Positions 1 to 8,791 of a DNA stretch of 64,000 nucleotides are shown here, piece by piece. The notes beneath the pieces are model-generated. The model did no database searches and was not told where the DNA came from. It saw nothing but the letters and a program-made list of their open reading frames with translations. The DNA lies in the IMG/VR virus record IMGVR_UViG_3300021087_000857, positions 32,001-96,000 of that record; one strand, 5' to 3'. Source of the DNA: a virus. The translations under genes were made by a program, and so were the position numbers. Position 1 is the stretch's first letter. Each line of letters starts with the position of its first letter.

Positions 1-1
1 T

Positions 2-646
2 AGTATTCTTGATGCACAATGTTTTACAAATGTGTGTGAACGTGGACTTGGAACTGTAGAAGATGGTAACAAGTATGGACACGGAACACATGTGGCAGGT
101 ATTGCCGCGGCAAACTTAGATGGTGTTGGTACTACAGGTGTAGCCCCTGATGCTGATTTACTTATTGGTAAACTTGCATACGACAGTGGCTTCTTTCAAT
201 TTAACAAGATTCCTGACGCAATGGAATGGGCAGTTAATAATGGTGCAGATGTTGTAAACATCAGTGCTAGTACACGACCAAGTAGTTCATATAAAAACAG
301 TCTTACAGAAATTAGCGAAGGTGTTTACTATTCAAATATGACATTTGGTGATTATAACACTCTTGGTTATAATCAAATATTTTCTACAAATGGACATGGT
401 ACTGCAATGATTGAGTCAATGAAAGGACATGAAACTGTAATGGTTCTTGCCGCTGGTAATGATAGACTTAAAGTGTCTAGTCAAGAATCACACATCGCTC
501 TTGATTCAGAAATTGGCGATCGTGTACTTATAGTTGGTATGTATGATGAAAGAAGAAACGGCCTTAGTAAATGGAGTAATGCGGCAGGAACTATTTGTCG
601 AGAACTTGATGATAATGGTACTTGTAAATCAGATGCTTATAAGTGA
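2..646 (+). CDS. Subtilisin-like S8 serine protease, N-terminal part (runs off left edge; interrupted at 644-649)
   Basis: Frame is open from position 2. Contains HGTHVAGIAA (catalytic His), GVAPDA and AAGND (oxyanion Asn). Ends in TGA TAG, in frame with the next ORF. Confidence 0.85.
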   Translation, partial: SILDAQCFTNVCERGLGTVEDGNKYGHGTHVAGIAAANLDGVGTTGVAPDADLLIGKLAYDSGFFQFNKIPDAMEWAVNNGADVVNISASTRPSSSYKNSLTEISEGVYYSNMTFGDYNTLGYNQIFSTNGHGTAMIESMKGHETVMVLAAGNDRLKVSSQESHIALDSEIGDRVLIVGMYDERRNGLSKWSNAAGTICRELDDNGTCKSDAYK

Positions 647-658
647 TAGATATATTAT

Positions 659-1786
659 GTGGCACCAGGTGTATATATTGCGGCACCAACTAACGATGGT
701 GGATATGTAACAATGACAGGTACATCAATGGCGGCTCCTCATGTAGCAGGTGCAGTTGCAATTGTACATCAAATGTGGCCACACATGACTGGTGCTAATG
801 TTAGTCAACTTCTACTTAATACTGCAAGTACAGATGGTATTAATAATTACGATCCTAATGTACATGGACAAGGTATGCTAGATTTAGATGAAGCAACACA
901 ACCACAGGGTGCAATGGGACTAGCAACCACAGGTAGAATTGATGGTGCTATAGTAGATCTTGCAAACAGTGGTACTATTGCAATGAGTGGTAATACAAAC
1001 ATTTCAGCATTAAGTAGTATAATGGCAGTTGATGATTATGATAGAGATTATTACTTTGATGCTAATGGAATGGTAAACACAATTGATACTCGTACTGCAA
1101 GTGCCACACTAGCAGGTCAACATGGATTTGCTCCAGACTATTATATTGGATACAATGGCGGTAGTATTATTCCTTTATCAAATGCAGGTACACATATTGC
1201 ATTAAATGATACAAATGGTAACGTTAGTATTGTACAACAATGGGACAAATTTAGTATGGGTCTTGTAAACGAATCAGAAAGTTTCTTAGGTAACTATGCA
1301 AACAGTGAGCTTATGAAAGTAGATGGTTCTAACACTGCATATCTAGGTTTTACAGATAGTATAGACTTTAACAATGGTATTAATATGTGGGGTAGTGCAA
1401 CACTAGGAGCAACAAGGCTTAATGTAGATAATAGCTCTATGCTTAAGAGTGCAGACATTATGATGTCTAATAGTGCAACACTAGGTATTAAACAAACTGT
1501 AGACAATGAAACATTTGGATTTGTAGCAAGTTTACCAGTTAGTATTACAAGTGGTAATGCAAACTTTAGTATTCCTACTAGTGTTAATTCAACTGGAGAT
1601 ATTTCAAATACAAATATGAATAGTTCATTGGAAATGGATAACAGAGAGCTTGACTTGGGTTTATTTTATATAAATACATTAACAGAGTCAACTTCACTTA
1701 CTGCTAACATTGAGTTGCGAAATAACTATTCAGGTACTAGCGACAATCATGTAACAGCAGGACTAACTTACAAGGTAACGTTTTAA
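659..1786 (+). CDS. S8 protease C-terminal part with catalytic Ser plus autotransporter-like beta-barrel
   Basis: APG...GTSMAAPHVAGA motif and HGQGMLDL. Beta-strand-rich C-terminus ending GLTYKVTF (terminal Phe). Same frame as the upstream fragment. Confidence 0.8.
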   Translation: MAPGVYIAAPTNDGGYVTMTGTSMAAPHVAGAVAIVHQMWPHMTGANVSQLLLNTASTDGINNYDPNVHGQGMLDLDEATQPQGAMGLATTGRIDGAIVDLANSGTIAMSGNTNISALSSIMAVDDYDRDYYFDANGMVNTIDTRTASATLAGQHGFAPDYYIGYNGGSIIPLSNAGTHIALNDTNGNVSIVQQWDKFSMGLVNESESFLGNYANSELMKVDGSNTAYLGFTDSIDFNNGINMWGSATLGATRLNVDNSSMLKSADIMMSNSATLGIKQTVDNETFGFVASLPVSITSGNANFSIPTSVNSTGDISNTNMNSSLEMDNRELDLGLFYINTLTESTSLTANIELRNNYSGTSDNHVTAGLTYKVTF

Positions 1787-2364
1787 TGCAAAAGCAATAC
1801 AAGACTAAGCGAGGCAAACTTGAGGTCATAGCAGGCCCAATGTTCGCAGGAAAGAGCAGTGAGTTACTCAAACGACTGCTCTTTATCGAACACGGTGGGA
1901 ACAAATGTCTTGTATTGAAACCAGTTATTGATGATAGGTATGATGCAAATCATATTATAACACACAATCAATTAAAACATTCTGCCGTTGCAGTAATTGA
2001 CTTAGAACTAGTTAAAGACAACTACACAATAAAGTCATATAACTTCCATACAGTATTCATTGATGAGATACAGTTCTTTGATATGAATGAAACTATGTGG
2101 TTTGTTGAAGAAGGATTACGCAATGGTGTAAACTTTGTGGTAGCAGGTTTAGATCAAGACAGTAGAGGAGTACCGTTTGAAACTACATCAAGATGTTTAG
2201 CACTAGCAGACGAAGTACTTAAAATTAAAGCATTCTGTACAATATGTGGAATGGATGCAGGTAAAACACAAAGACTTAGAGCAACACAACATTCGGATAG
2301 AGTAAAGGTTGGTGGTGCAGAATCATACGAGCCTCGTTGCTCGGAACATTGGGAGAGTAAGTAA
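1786..2364 (+). CDS. tdk: Thymidine kinase
   Basis: GPMFAGKSSEL P-loop, FIDEIQF, VAGLD, Zn-binding CTICG and GGAESYEPRC. Confidence 0.95.
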   Translation: MQKQYKTKRGKLEVIAGPMFAGKSSELLKRLLFIEHGGNKCLVLKPVIDDRYDANHIITHNQLKHSAVAVIDLELVKDNYTIKSYNFHTVFIDEIQFFDMNETMWFVEEGLRNGVNFVVAGLDQDSRGVPFETTSRCLALADEVLKIKAFCTICGMDAGKTQRLRATQHSDRVKVGGAESYEPRCSEHWESK

Positions 2365-2585
2365 TGAATGTATGGGTTGGAACATTGTTAACAATACTAT
2401 TCCTTATTATTATATTCACACTCTTTGGCTTTACTGGCTTAACTTTAGTGATCTTACCTTGGATGCTTTATATGTGGGCAACAGAAAAAGACTATCCAAA
2501 AAAGGTATGTCAGGCTTGTATAGAAGAAATACATATAGAAGCAATCAAATGTAAACATTGTGGTGAAATTCAACCAACAGAATAA
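2364..2585 (+). CDS. Small membrane protein with C-terminal zinc ribbon
   Basis: Two hydrophobic helices, then CQAC...CKHCG; start/stop coupled to tdk. Confidence 0.7.
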   Translation: MNVWVGTLLTILFLIIIFTLFGFTGLTLVILPWMLYMWATEKDYPKKVCQACIEEIHIEAIKCKHCGEIQPTE

Positions 2586-2599
2586 ATGGAGAGTAAGTA

Positions 2600-2878
2600 A
2601 TGACAGATCATACAATAGATATTTTAAGACAAGTTTGCCAAGAAGAACTTGATGATAAAGTAACTGACTTAACAGATGGAACAGAAGATATATTTGAAGG
2701 CCGTAAAGAGTTTGCAAATACAGTACTAGGACTTATTAATAAACTAGAACGCCCCAGGCAAGAAGATCAAGCTAAAAAACTACAAGCAAAGGCTATCGCA
2801 GCCAGCAATGCAAGAAACGAAATCGCATCTGAATACAACACAGAATGGATGCCAATTGACAACGGAGACTTTAAATGA
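2600..2878 (+). CDS. Hypothetical phage protein
   Basis: SD GGAG upstream; ATGA overlap with next gene. Confidence 0.65.
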   Translation: MTDHTIDILRQVCQEELDDKVTDLTDGTEDIFEGRKEFANTVLGLINKLERPRQEDQAKKLQAKAIAASNARNEIASEYNTEWMPIDNGDFK

Positions 2879-3078
2879 AAAAAGTAACAAATAGTCAATG
2901 GATTATAGAAGTACAAGAAAATGGTAAAACAAAAGAATTGTTTATAGAGTTTCCACCCGAAGTTCTCAATCAAGTTGGTTGGGATACAGGTGATACATTG
3001 ATCTGGGAAGAACTAGATCATGGAGCTATGAGGCTAACCAAAAAGGAAAACAACAATGAAGAGAAGATTGATAGTTGA
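2875..3078 (+). CDS. AbrB/MazE-like swapped-hairpin small protein
   Basis: IEFPPEVLNQVGWDTGDTLIW pattern typical of the AbrB fold. Confidence 0.6.
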   Translation: MKKVTNSQWIIEVQENGKTKELFIEFPPEVLNQVGWDTGDTLIWEELDHGAMRLTKKENNNEEKIDS

Positions 3079-3295
3079 TCCACCAAACGGAAGCAAGTAT
3101 GGTTTCCCTAAAGCAGTACCAATTAAAGGTACAATATACTACGGTAGTAAATGGGACTACGGAGTACAAACAGATTTTGATTTAATGAAGTGGCTAGTCA
3201 AAGAAGGTTACCCACAAAAAGAAATTGACAAACTTGGCGATAAGTTTGTATACAAATACTGGACAGTTCCTGCTGAAGAAGTAGATGGAACATAA
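3056..3295 (+). CDS. Hypothetical phage protein
   Basis: DPPNGSKYGFPK...WLVKEGYP; fits the packed operon. Confidence 0.65.
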   Translation: MKRRLIVDPPNGSKYGFPKAVPIKGTIYYGSKWDYGVQTDFDLMKWLVKEGYPQKEIDKLGDKFVYKYWTVPAEEVDGT

Positions 3296-3539
3296 GCCGC
3301 AAGAGAGATATTATGATTTTATGCTTAGGCGCACACGAGAAGTTCGTGAGCAAGAATTCTACGAAGCATGCATGTACTTTTATATGGTTAAAGGACATTT
3401 AGATACAAACGATGCTACAATAACAGAATCAAAGGAACATTACTTTAAACGTATATGGAGAGCAGGTTGCGATGGTGCACCACTCGATGAATGGGTAGAT
3501 GGATTTGAAGAAGTATATAAGAAAAAAATGAATAAATAA
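3285..3539 (+). CDS. Hypothetical phage protein
   Basis: ORF in packed operon. Confidence 0.6.
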   Translation: MEHKPQERYYDFMLRRTREVREQEFYEACMYFYMVKGHLDTNDATITESKEHYFKRIWRAGCDGAPLDEWVDGFEEVYKKKMNK

Positions 3540-3545
3540 TACTAC

Positions 3546-4178
3546 ATGTTATTAACTAACCCACTAGAAATAGAACTCACAACAAAATGCACACTTGGGT
3601 GTCCTGCTTGTCCGCGAAACAATCCCAAAGAGAAAAAAGAAAATTGGGATGTAGGACACATGAATACAGATATTGCTAAAAGTTTAGCAAACTCTACAGT
3701 AGAACGTTCGTATCTTTTTGTAGGATGTTATGGTGATCCAATATATCACCCAGACTTTATAGATATAGTAAAGTATTATATAGATAGAAATAAAAGTCTT
3801 ACAATTCATACCAATGGGAGTTTTAAAAAACAATCATGGTGGGATAAACTAGCAAGTCTTAATTGGACATATAAGCAAAACTTTACTTTTAGTGTTGATG
3901 GATTAAAAGATACAAATCACATATATAGGATTCGTGCAGATTGGGAATCTATTATGCGAGGAATGAAAACAATAGGATCGTTACCATCAGATCGTAAGCC
4001 TCGTTTAGAATGGAAAATGTTAGTTTTTCCATATAACAAACATCAAGTACCAGAAGCAAGAAAACTAGCACAAGAAATAGGTATTGATACGTTTACACCA
4101 GTTAAAAGTGAAAGAGATATCAATCAATACAGAGTAGAAAACAATGAAATATATAGGTGGCCAGATGATAAAGCCTAG
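3546..4178 (+). CDS. Radical SAM core domain (SPASM domain encoded separately)
   Basis: CTLGCPAC (CxxxCxxC), YGDP, TNG and FSVDGLKDTNHIYR; homologous to 29760 and 30819. Confidence 0.9.
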   Translation: MLLTNPLEIELTTKCTLGCPACPRNNPKEKKENWDVGHMNTDIAKSLANSTVERSYLFVGCYGDPIYHPDFIDIVKYYIDRNKSLTIHTNGSFKKQSWWDKLASLNWTYKQNFTFSVDGLKDTNHIYRIRADWESIMRGMKTIGSLPSDRKPRLEWKMLVFPYNKHQVPEARKLAQEIGIDTFTPVKSERDINQYRVENNEIYRWPDDKA

Positions 4179-4527
4179 ATGTTTATTATATAATATGCCA
4201 ATATTTTTATCTGCTGATAATAGATTAAAGCCGTGTTGTTTTTTAAATCCAGTTGAGCAATGGAACGATTTTATTAATTGGGGCAAACAAAACGGATTAA
4301 ATGTGGAAGAAGACTTAGACATAACAAAACATGACGTAGAAACAATACTAAAAAGCCCAACATGGTTAGCAGTACTAGATGGATTTAAAACAGGTAATGC
4401 TCCACATGAATGTCATGTATCATGTGGTCCTGATAGTTACTCAAGTACATCACAAACAGCTAAACATAGTGATTATGAAGAAAATCCTGATAGTAGTGGA
4501 TTATCTTCGGCTTATAGAGAGGAATAA
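4165..4527 (+). CDS. Stand-alone SPASM/twitch Fe-S domain
   Basis: PRC...LKPCCF...ECHVSCG; ATG at 4165 preceded by AGGTGG. Confidence 0.75.
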   Translation: MIKPRCLLYNMPIFLSADNRLKPCCFLNPVEQWNDFINWGKQNGLNVEEDLDITKHDVETILKSPTWLAVLDGFKTGNAPHECHVSCGPDSYSSTSQTAKHSDYEENPDSSGLSSAYREE

Positions 4528-4532
4528 TATTA

Positions 4533-4964
4533 ATGAAGATATTAATATGTGGACTACCTGGTAGTGGTAAAACAACACTGGCAGAACCGTTAGCAGAAGA
4601 ACTAGGTGCTCATTGGTTAAATGCTGATGCAGTTAGAACCGAGTATAATGATTGGGATTTCAGTAAAGAGGGAAGAATGCGACAAGCAGATAGAATGAAA
4701 TCTATAGCCAATACATTAGTAAAAGAAGGTCAAATTGTTGTCGCTGATTTTATTTGCCCTACTAAAGAAACAAGAGATTACTTTGGTGCCGATTTTACAA
4801 TATGGATGGACACTATAAGTAAAGGAAGATACGAAGATACAAACGCAATGTATGAACGCCTTACTGACGATGAATGGGACTATCATATTGAAGCTTGGTT
4901 TGATGATACACACAAACAAATAGTACCTATAATAAAGCGTTTGATAAAAACAAATGAGAAATAA
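4533..4964 (+). CDS. Adenylyl-sulfate kinase-like P-loop kinase
   Basis: GLPGSGKTT, NADAVR, DWDFSKEGR and ADFICP match the CysC family. Confidence 0.8.
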   Translation: MKILICGLPGSGKTTLAEPLAEELGAHWLNADAVRTEYNDWDFSKEGRMRQADRMKSIANTLVKEGQIVVADFICPTKETRDYFGADFTIWMDTISKGRYEDTNAMYERLTDDEWDYHIEAWFDDTHKQIVPIIKRLIKTNEK

Positions 4965-4967
4965 TAT

Positions 4968-5756
4968 ATGAACATAACAATATTTGGTTGCGGTTTCGTT
5001 GGAGGAACCGTAGCAAATTACTTAGAAGAAAAATACGAAGGTGAACGTTACAACATAGTAAAAGTTGATCCGTTGCATTATCCAGATGTCGATCCACAAC
5101 AAGCGGCAATGGAAGCAGATGCAATTATTATATGTGTACCCACTCCAAGTGAATACTTTGGAGAATGTGATGATAGTATAGTTAGACAAGTATTAGAACT
5201 ATGCGATGAACGTACTCCTATATTACTTAAAAGTTCAGTAACACCAGATTTAATTAAAAAGTATCCACCAAATGTAATATACAATCCAGAGTTTTTAAGA
5301 GAAGCACATGCAGAAAGCGACTTTAAAAACCAACATACATTTGTATTAGGACACCACGAGAACAACAAAGAACAAGCAAAAAACTGGGCAGACTTATTTT
5401 GTATACCAGAATGGAATGTAGTTTATACAGACCCATGTACTGCAAGTATGATAAAATACACGCATAACGCCTGGCTAGCCACTAAAGTAGCATGGTTTCA
5501 TGAGCTATATAGTGAATTACCACCAGGTATTGACTATGATACTATAACTAGTGCCTTAGGTAGGTTTCCTACTATTGGTTCGACACATATGCAAGTGCCA
5601 AATGCAGATGGAACCCTAGGATATAGTGGTGCTTGTTTCCCAAAAGACGTAAAAGCCTTGACAAAAGTAGTAAAACATAGTATACTTAACACAGTTAAAG
5701 AAACAAATGATAAACTTAATAACACAAAAGGAGATCAAGATGAAGATGAAGATTAA
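4968..5756 (+). CDS. UDP-glucose/GDP-mannose dehydrogenase family (short phage form)
   Basis: GCGFVGG, ICVPTP, NPEFLRE, KYTHNAWLATKV and GYSGACFPKD. Confidence 0.9.
   Translation: MNITIFGCGFVGGTVANYLEEKYEGERYNIVKVDPLHYPDVDPQQAAMEADAIIICVPTPSEYFGECDDSIVRQVLELCDERTPILLKSSVTPDLIKKYPPNVIYNPEFLREAHAESDFKNQHTFVLGHHENNKEQAKNWADLFCIPEWNVVYTDPCTASMIKYTHNAWLATKVAWFHELYSELPPGIDYDTITSALGRFPTIGSTHMQVPNADGTLGYSGACFPKDVKALTKVVKHSILNTVKETNDKLNNTKGDQDEDED
5658..5686 (+). promoter_or_regulatory. Sigma70-type promoter inside the UDP-Glc dehydrogenase gene
   Basis: TTGACA (5658-5663), 17 nt spacer, TATACT (5681-5686). Confidence 0.6.
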
Positions 5757-6231
5757 AGATATATTAACAGTAGCAATTGCAGGATTTATATTCATGGCAG
5801 TAACAGGTATTGCAAAAGCTGATAGTTATACTGAAGTTGACGGCTATTTAACACATCATTACAAAACAGTAGAAGTACAAACTAAAGTTTCTAACAGAAC
5901 ATGTTCTGAAGTAGATGTTCCAATTTATCAAAACAAAGATGCAAAAACTGGTGAAGTACTAGGTGGTGCTATTATTGGTGGTATCATTGGTAATCAAATT
6001 GGTAAAGGCAAAGGTAACGATGCCGCTACAATCTTAGGTGCAATACTAGGTGCAGATATAGCCAATAAAAAAAGCAGTAACAAAACTATTGTTGGATACA
6101 AAAGATCAACTGTATGTAAAGATAGTCCAACTTATGTAACTGAAACAAAAAACATTTATAGTCACAGTACAATTAGATTTGCAGACGGTAATAGACAATA
6201 CGATATCAAATTTATTGACGAAGACAAGTAA
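5740..6231 (+). CDS. Secreted glycine-zipper 2TM protein
   Basis: Signal peptide plus GAIIGGIIGNQIGKGKGNDAATILGAILG; SD GGAG at 5730-5733. Confidence 0.85.
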   Translation: MKMKIKDILTVAIAGFIFMAVTGIAKADSYTEVDGYLTHHYKTVEVQTKVSNRTCSEVDVPIYQNKDAKTGEVLGGAIIGGIIGNQIGKGKGNDAATILGAILGADIANKKSSNKTIVGYKRSTVCKDSPTYVTETKNIYSHSTIRFADGNRQYDIKFIDEDK

Positions 6232-6238
6232 TCAAACC

Positions 6239-6294
6239 AGAGGACTTTATGCGTCGACCCTCTTTAAATACTCCGCCGTTTAATTTTATAGGAG
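6239..6294 (+). ncRNA. Candidate preQ1-I-like pseudoknot cis-regulatory RNA upstream of queD
   Basis: Stem AGAGG (6239-6243)/CCTCT (6259-6263), 15-nt loop and A-rich tail. Loop GCG can pair with tail CGC. Tail CTCC (6271-6274) is complementary to the SD GGAG (6291-6294). Confidence 0.45.
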
Positions 6295-6300
6295 AATACA

Positions 6301-6747
6301 ATGGCTTATTATAGCACAAAACATTACGGACACAACATTGGACTAAGTGCAGTGTTCCGCCAACCCAATGCAGATCATTCGCATTGCCATTTGCTACACG
6401 GATATAGTTTAGCATTTACATTTACATTTGGTTGTAATGAATTAGACAACAAAAACTGGGCAGTCGACTTTGGAGGACTAAAACCTTTGAAGGCTTGGCT
6501 AGAAGATAGCTTTGATCATAAAGTAGCAGTAGACAAAGCAGATCCACATATGGATACACTAAAAGATCTTGAAGCAAAAGGCTTAGCAGAACTACGTATT
6601 TTTGATGGAGTAGGTGCAGAGAAATTTGCCGAGCATGCTTTTAATTTTGCAGACAAACTTATACGTGAAGCAACTGATAACAGATGCTATTGTGTTAAAG
6701 CCGAGTGTGCAGAGCATGGAGCCAATTCAGCAATCTACGAGGCATAA
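6301..6747 (+). CDS. queD: 6-carboxy-5,6,7,8-tetrahydropterin synthase
   Basis: CHLLHGY, VDFGGLK, FDH and GAEKFAE; adjacent to queE. Confidence 0.9.
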   Translation: MAYYSTKHYGHNIGLSAVFRQPNADHSHCHLLHGYSLAFTFTFGCNELDNKNWAVDFGGLKPLKAWLEDSFDHKVAVDKADPHMDTLKDLEAKGLAELRIFDGVGAEKFAEHAFNFADKLIREATDNRCYCVKAECAEHGANSAIYEA

Positions 6748-7647
6748 ATGGATAAACTTAGATATAGTGAAGCATTCTATTCAGTGCAAGGTGAAGGTAA
6801 ATTTGTAGGAGTACCTAGTGTATTCTTACGTACTTTTGGTTGTAACTTTAGATGCATGAACTTTGGGCTTGATAGGAGTGAACCTAGTAGAGCAGAAAAA
6901 CATGCACAAGGCAATCGTTATAATGATGAGGTATTAGATCTTATCAATAATGATGTACACAAAACAACTAAAGAATTTACAGACTTACCTATTATACACA
7001 CAGGGTGTGATACTTATGCAAGTATCTATCCAGAATTTAAAGAATATAATAAACAAAGAACTATAGACGAAGTAGTAGAACACTTACTAAGTCTTACTCC
7101 TGAAGGTAAATGGACTTGTGATAATGGACAAGATATTCATCTTATACTTACAGGCGGCGAACCGTTGTTAGCGTGGCAACGTTTGTACGTTGATTTATTT
7201 GAACATCCACGTATGAGGGATTTACAAAATGTTACAGTTGAAACAAACACTACGCAACACTTACACAAAGATTTATTCAAATATCTCGACAACAATGACA
7301 GAATTACAGTTACATGGAGTTGTTCGCCAAAGCTCTCCGTTAGTGGAGAATCTTGGGACGATGCTATTAAGCCTAGTGTGGCTAGGGAGTATAGTACTGT
7401 TGATGGTAGCGATATCTATCTTAAATTTGTTGTTGCTGACAGGACTGATATTGACGAGGCTGGTAGAGCTGTTGATGAATATCGTAAAGCGGGTTTGGAC
7501 TGCCCTGTGTACCTTATGCCGTTGGGCGGCAGGTCAGAAGAGTATAATCTCAATGTTCAAGAAGTTGCGAACATCTGTATGGAAAAGGGTTGGAGATTCA
7601 CCCCAAGACTCCACATCAGCCTATTCGGAAACGCATGGGGAACCTAA
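6748..7647 (+). CDS. queE: 7-carboxy-7-deazaguanine synthase (radical SAM)
   Basis: FYSVQGEGKFVGVPSVFLRTFGCNFRC...GCDT, LTGGEPLL, ETN, SPKLS and RLHISLFG. Confidence 0.92.
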   Translation: MDKLRYSEAFYSVQGEGKFVGVPSVFLRTFGCNFRCMNFGLDRSEPSRAEKHAQGNRYNDEVLDLINNDVHKTTKEFTDLPIIHTGCDTYASIYPEFKEYNKQRTIDEVVEHLLSLTPEGKWTCDNGQDIHLILTGGEPLLAWQRLYVDLFEHPRMRDLQNVTVETNTTQHLHKDLFKYLDNNDRITVTWSCSPKLSVSGESWDDAIKPSVAREYSTVDGSDIYLKFVVADRTDIDEAGRAVDEYRKAGLDCPVYLMPLGGRSEEYNLNVQEVANICMEKGWRFTPRLHISLFGNAWGT

Positions 7648-7693
7648 AGACGGTCTAGAAGATCGTATAAGAAAAGCAGGATACTAAAAAATT

Positions 7694-8791
7694 ATGAAGC
7701 AAGGCAATTATATTTTTACAAGCGAAAGTGTAAGTAAAGGACACCCAGATAAGGTGTCAGATCAAATTAGTGATGCACTAGTTGATGCAGGATTAAAAAA
7801 CGGCGACGAGACAACTCGTGTAGCAGTTGAAACACTTGTAACCACTAACCATGTAACGTTAGCGGGTGAGGTAAAGAACTTTAATGTAAGCAAGGACGAA
7901 GTCAAACAAATCGTTCGTGACAAAGTTAAAGAGATTGGATACGAACAGGATGGATTCCATTGGGATAAGTTAAACATCTATAACGAGATTCATTCGCAAT
8001 CAGGTGATATTGGGTTGGGAACAGATAGTTTTGGTGCAGGTGATCAAGGTATTATGTTTGGTTACGCATGTACAGATAACGATGCAATGCTACCAGCACC
8101 TATTCATTACTCGCATGAAATTTTAAAGTCGTTAGACAAAGCAAGAGAAAGTGGATACGAATTTCTACTACCAGATGCTAAGTCACAAGTAAGTGTTCAG
8201 TACGAAGGTGGAAAGCCAACACGTATTGATCAAATTGTTGTATCACATCAACACAAAGACGGATTTCAACATAGCATTAAGGCACCTATAAAAGATGCCG
8301 CTAACGAAGTATTAGGAGATTTAATTGATAAAGAAACTGTATGGCATATTAATCCTACTGGTAATTTTGTTATTGGTGGACCCGATGGAGACACAGGTCT
8401 CACAGGCAGAAAGATCATTGTTGATACTTATGGTGGTTTTGCTCCCCATGGCGGCGGCGCATTTAGTGGCAAGGATCCTACCAAAGTAGATCGCAGTGCG
8501 GCTTATATGGCACGATGGTTAGCAAAGAATGTTGTAGCAGATAACATGGCTGACTGGTGTAGTATTCAACTTAGTTATGCTATTGGTGTTAAAGAACCTA
8601 CTAGTATCTATATAGATTCAAATGGACACAATAGAAGTATTCAGCAATTTATCCAAAACAACATTGACTTAACACCAAAAGGAATCATTGACAAGTTTGG
8701 GTTATTCAAGTATAATAAGTATAGTGAAAATTGTGTTTACGGACACTTTGGCGACAAAGATGTACCGTGGGAAAGTATAGGATGGAAATGA
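7694..8791 (+). CDS. metK: S-adenosylmethionine synthetase
   Basis: FTSESVSKGHPDK, GAGDQG, GGPDGDTGLTGRKIIVDTYGG and GGGAFSGKDPTKVDRS. Confidence 0.98.
   Translation: MKQGNYIFTSESVSKGHPDKVSDQISDALVDAGLKNGDETTRVAVETLVTTNHVTLAGEVKNFNVSKDEVKQIVRDKVKEIGYEQDGFHWDKLNIYNEIHSQSGDIGLGTDSFGAGDQGIMFGYACTDNDAMLPAPIHYSHEILKSLDKARESGYEFLLPDAKSQVSVQYEGGKPTRIDQIVVSHQHKDGFQHSIKAPIKDAANEVLGDLIDKETVWHINPTGNFVIGGPDGDTGLTGRKIIVDTYGGFAPHGGGAFSGKDPTKVDRSAAYMARWLAKNVVADNMADWCSIQLSYAIGVKEPTSIYIDSNGHNRSIQQFIQNNIDLTPKGIIDKFGLFKYNKYSENCVYGHFGDKDVPWESIGWK
8688..8716 (+). promoter_or_regulatory. Consensus sigma70 promoter inside the metK 3' end
   Basis: Perfect TTGACA, 17 nt spacer, TATAAT. Confidence 0.7.

Noticed and set aside
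644-649. Stop-codon reassignment or selenocysteine readthrough in the S8 gene
   Set aside because: It would need both TGA and TAG read through, and both codons terminate other genes normally in this window.
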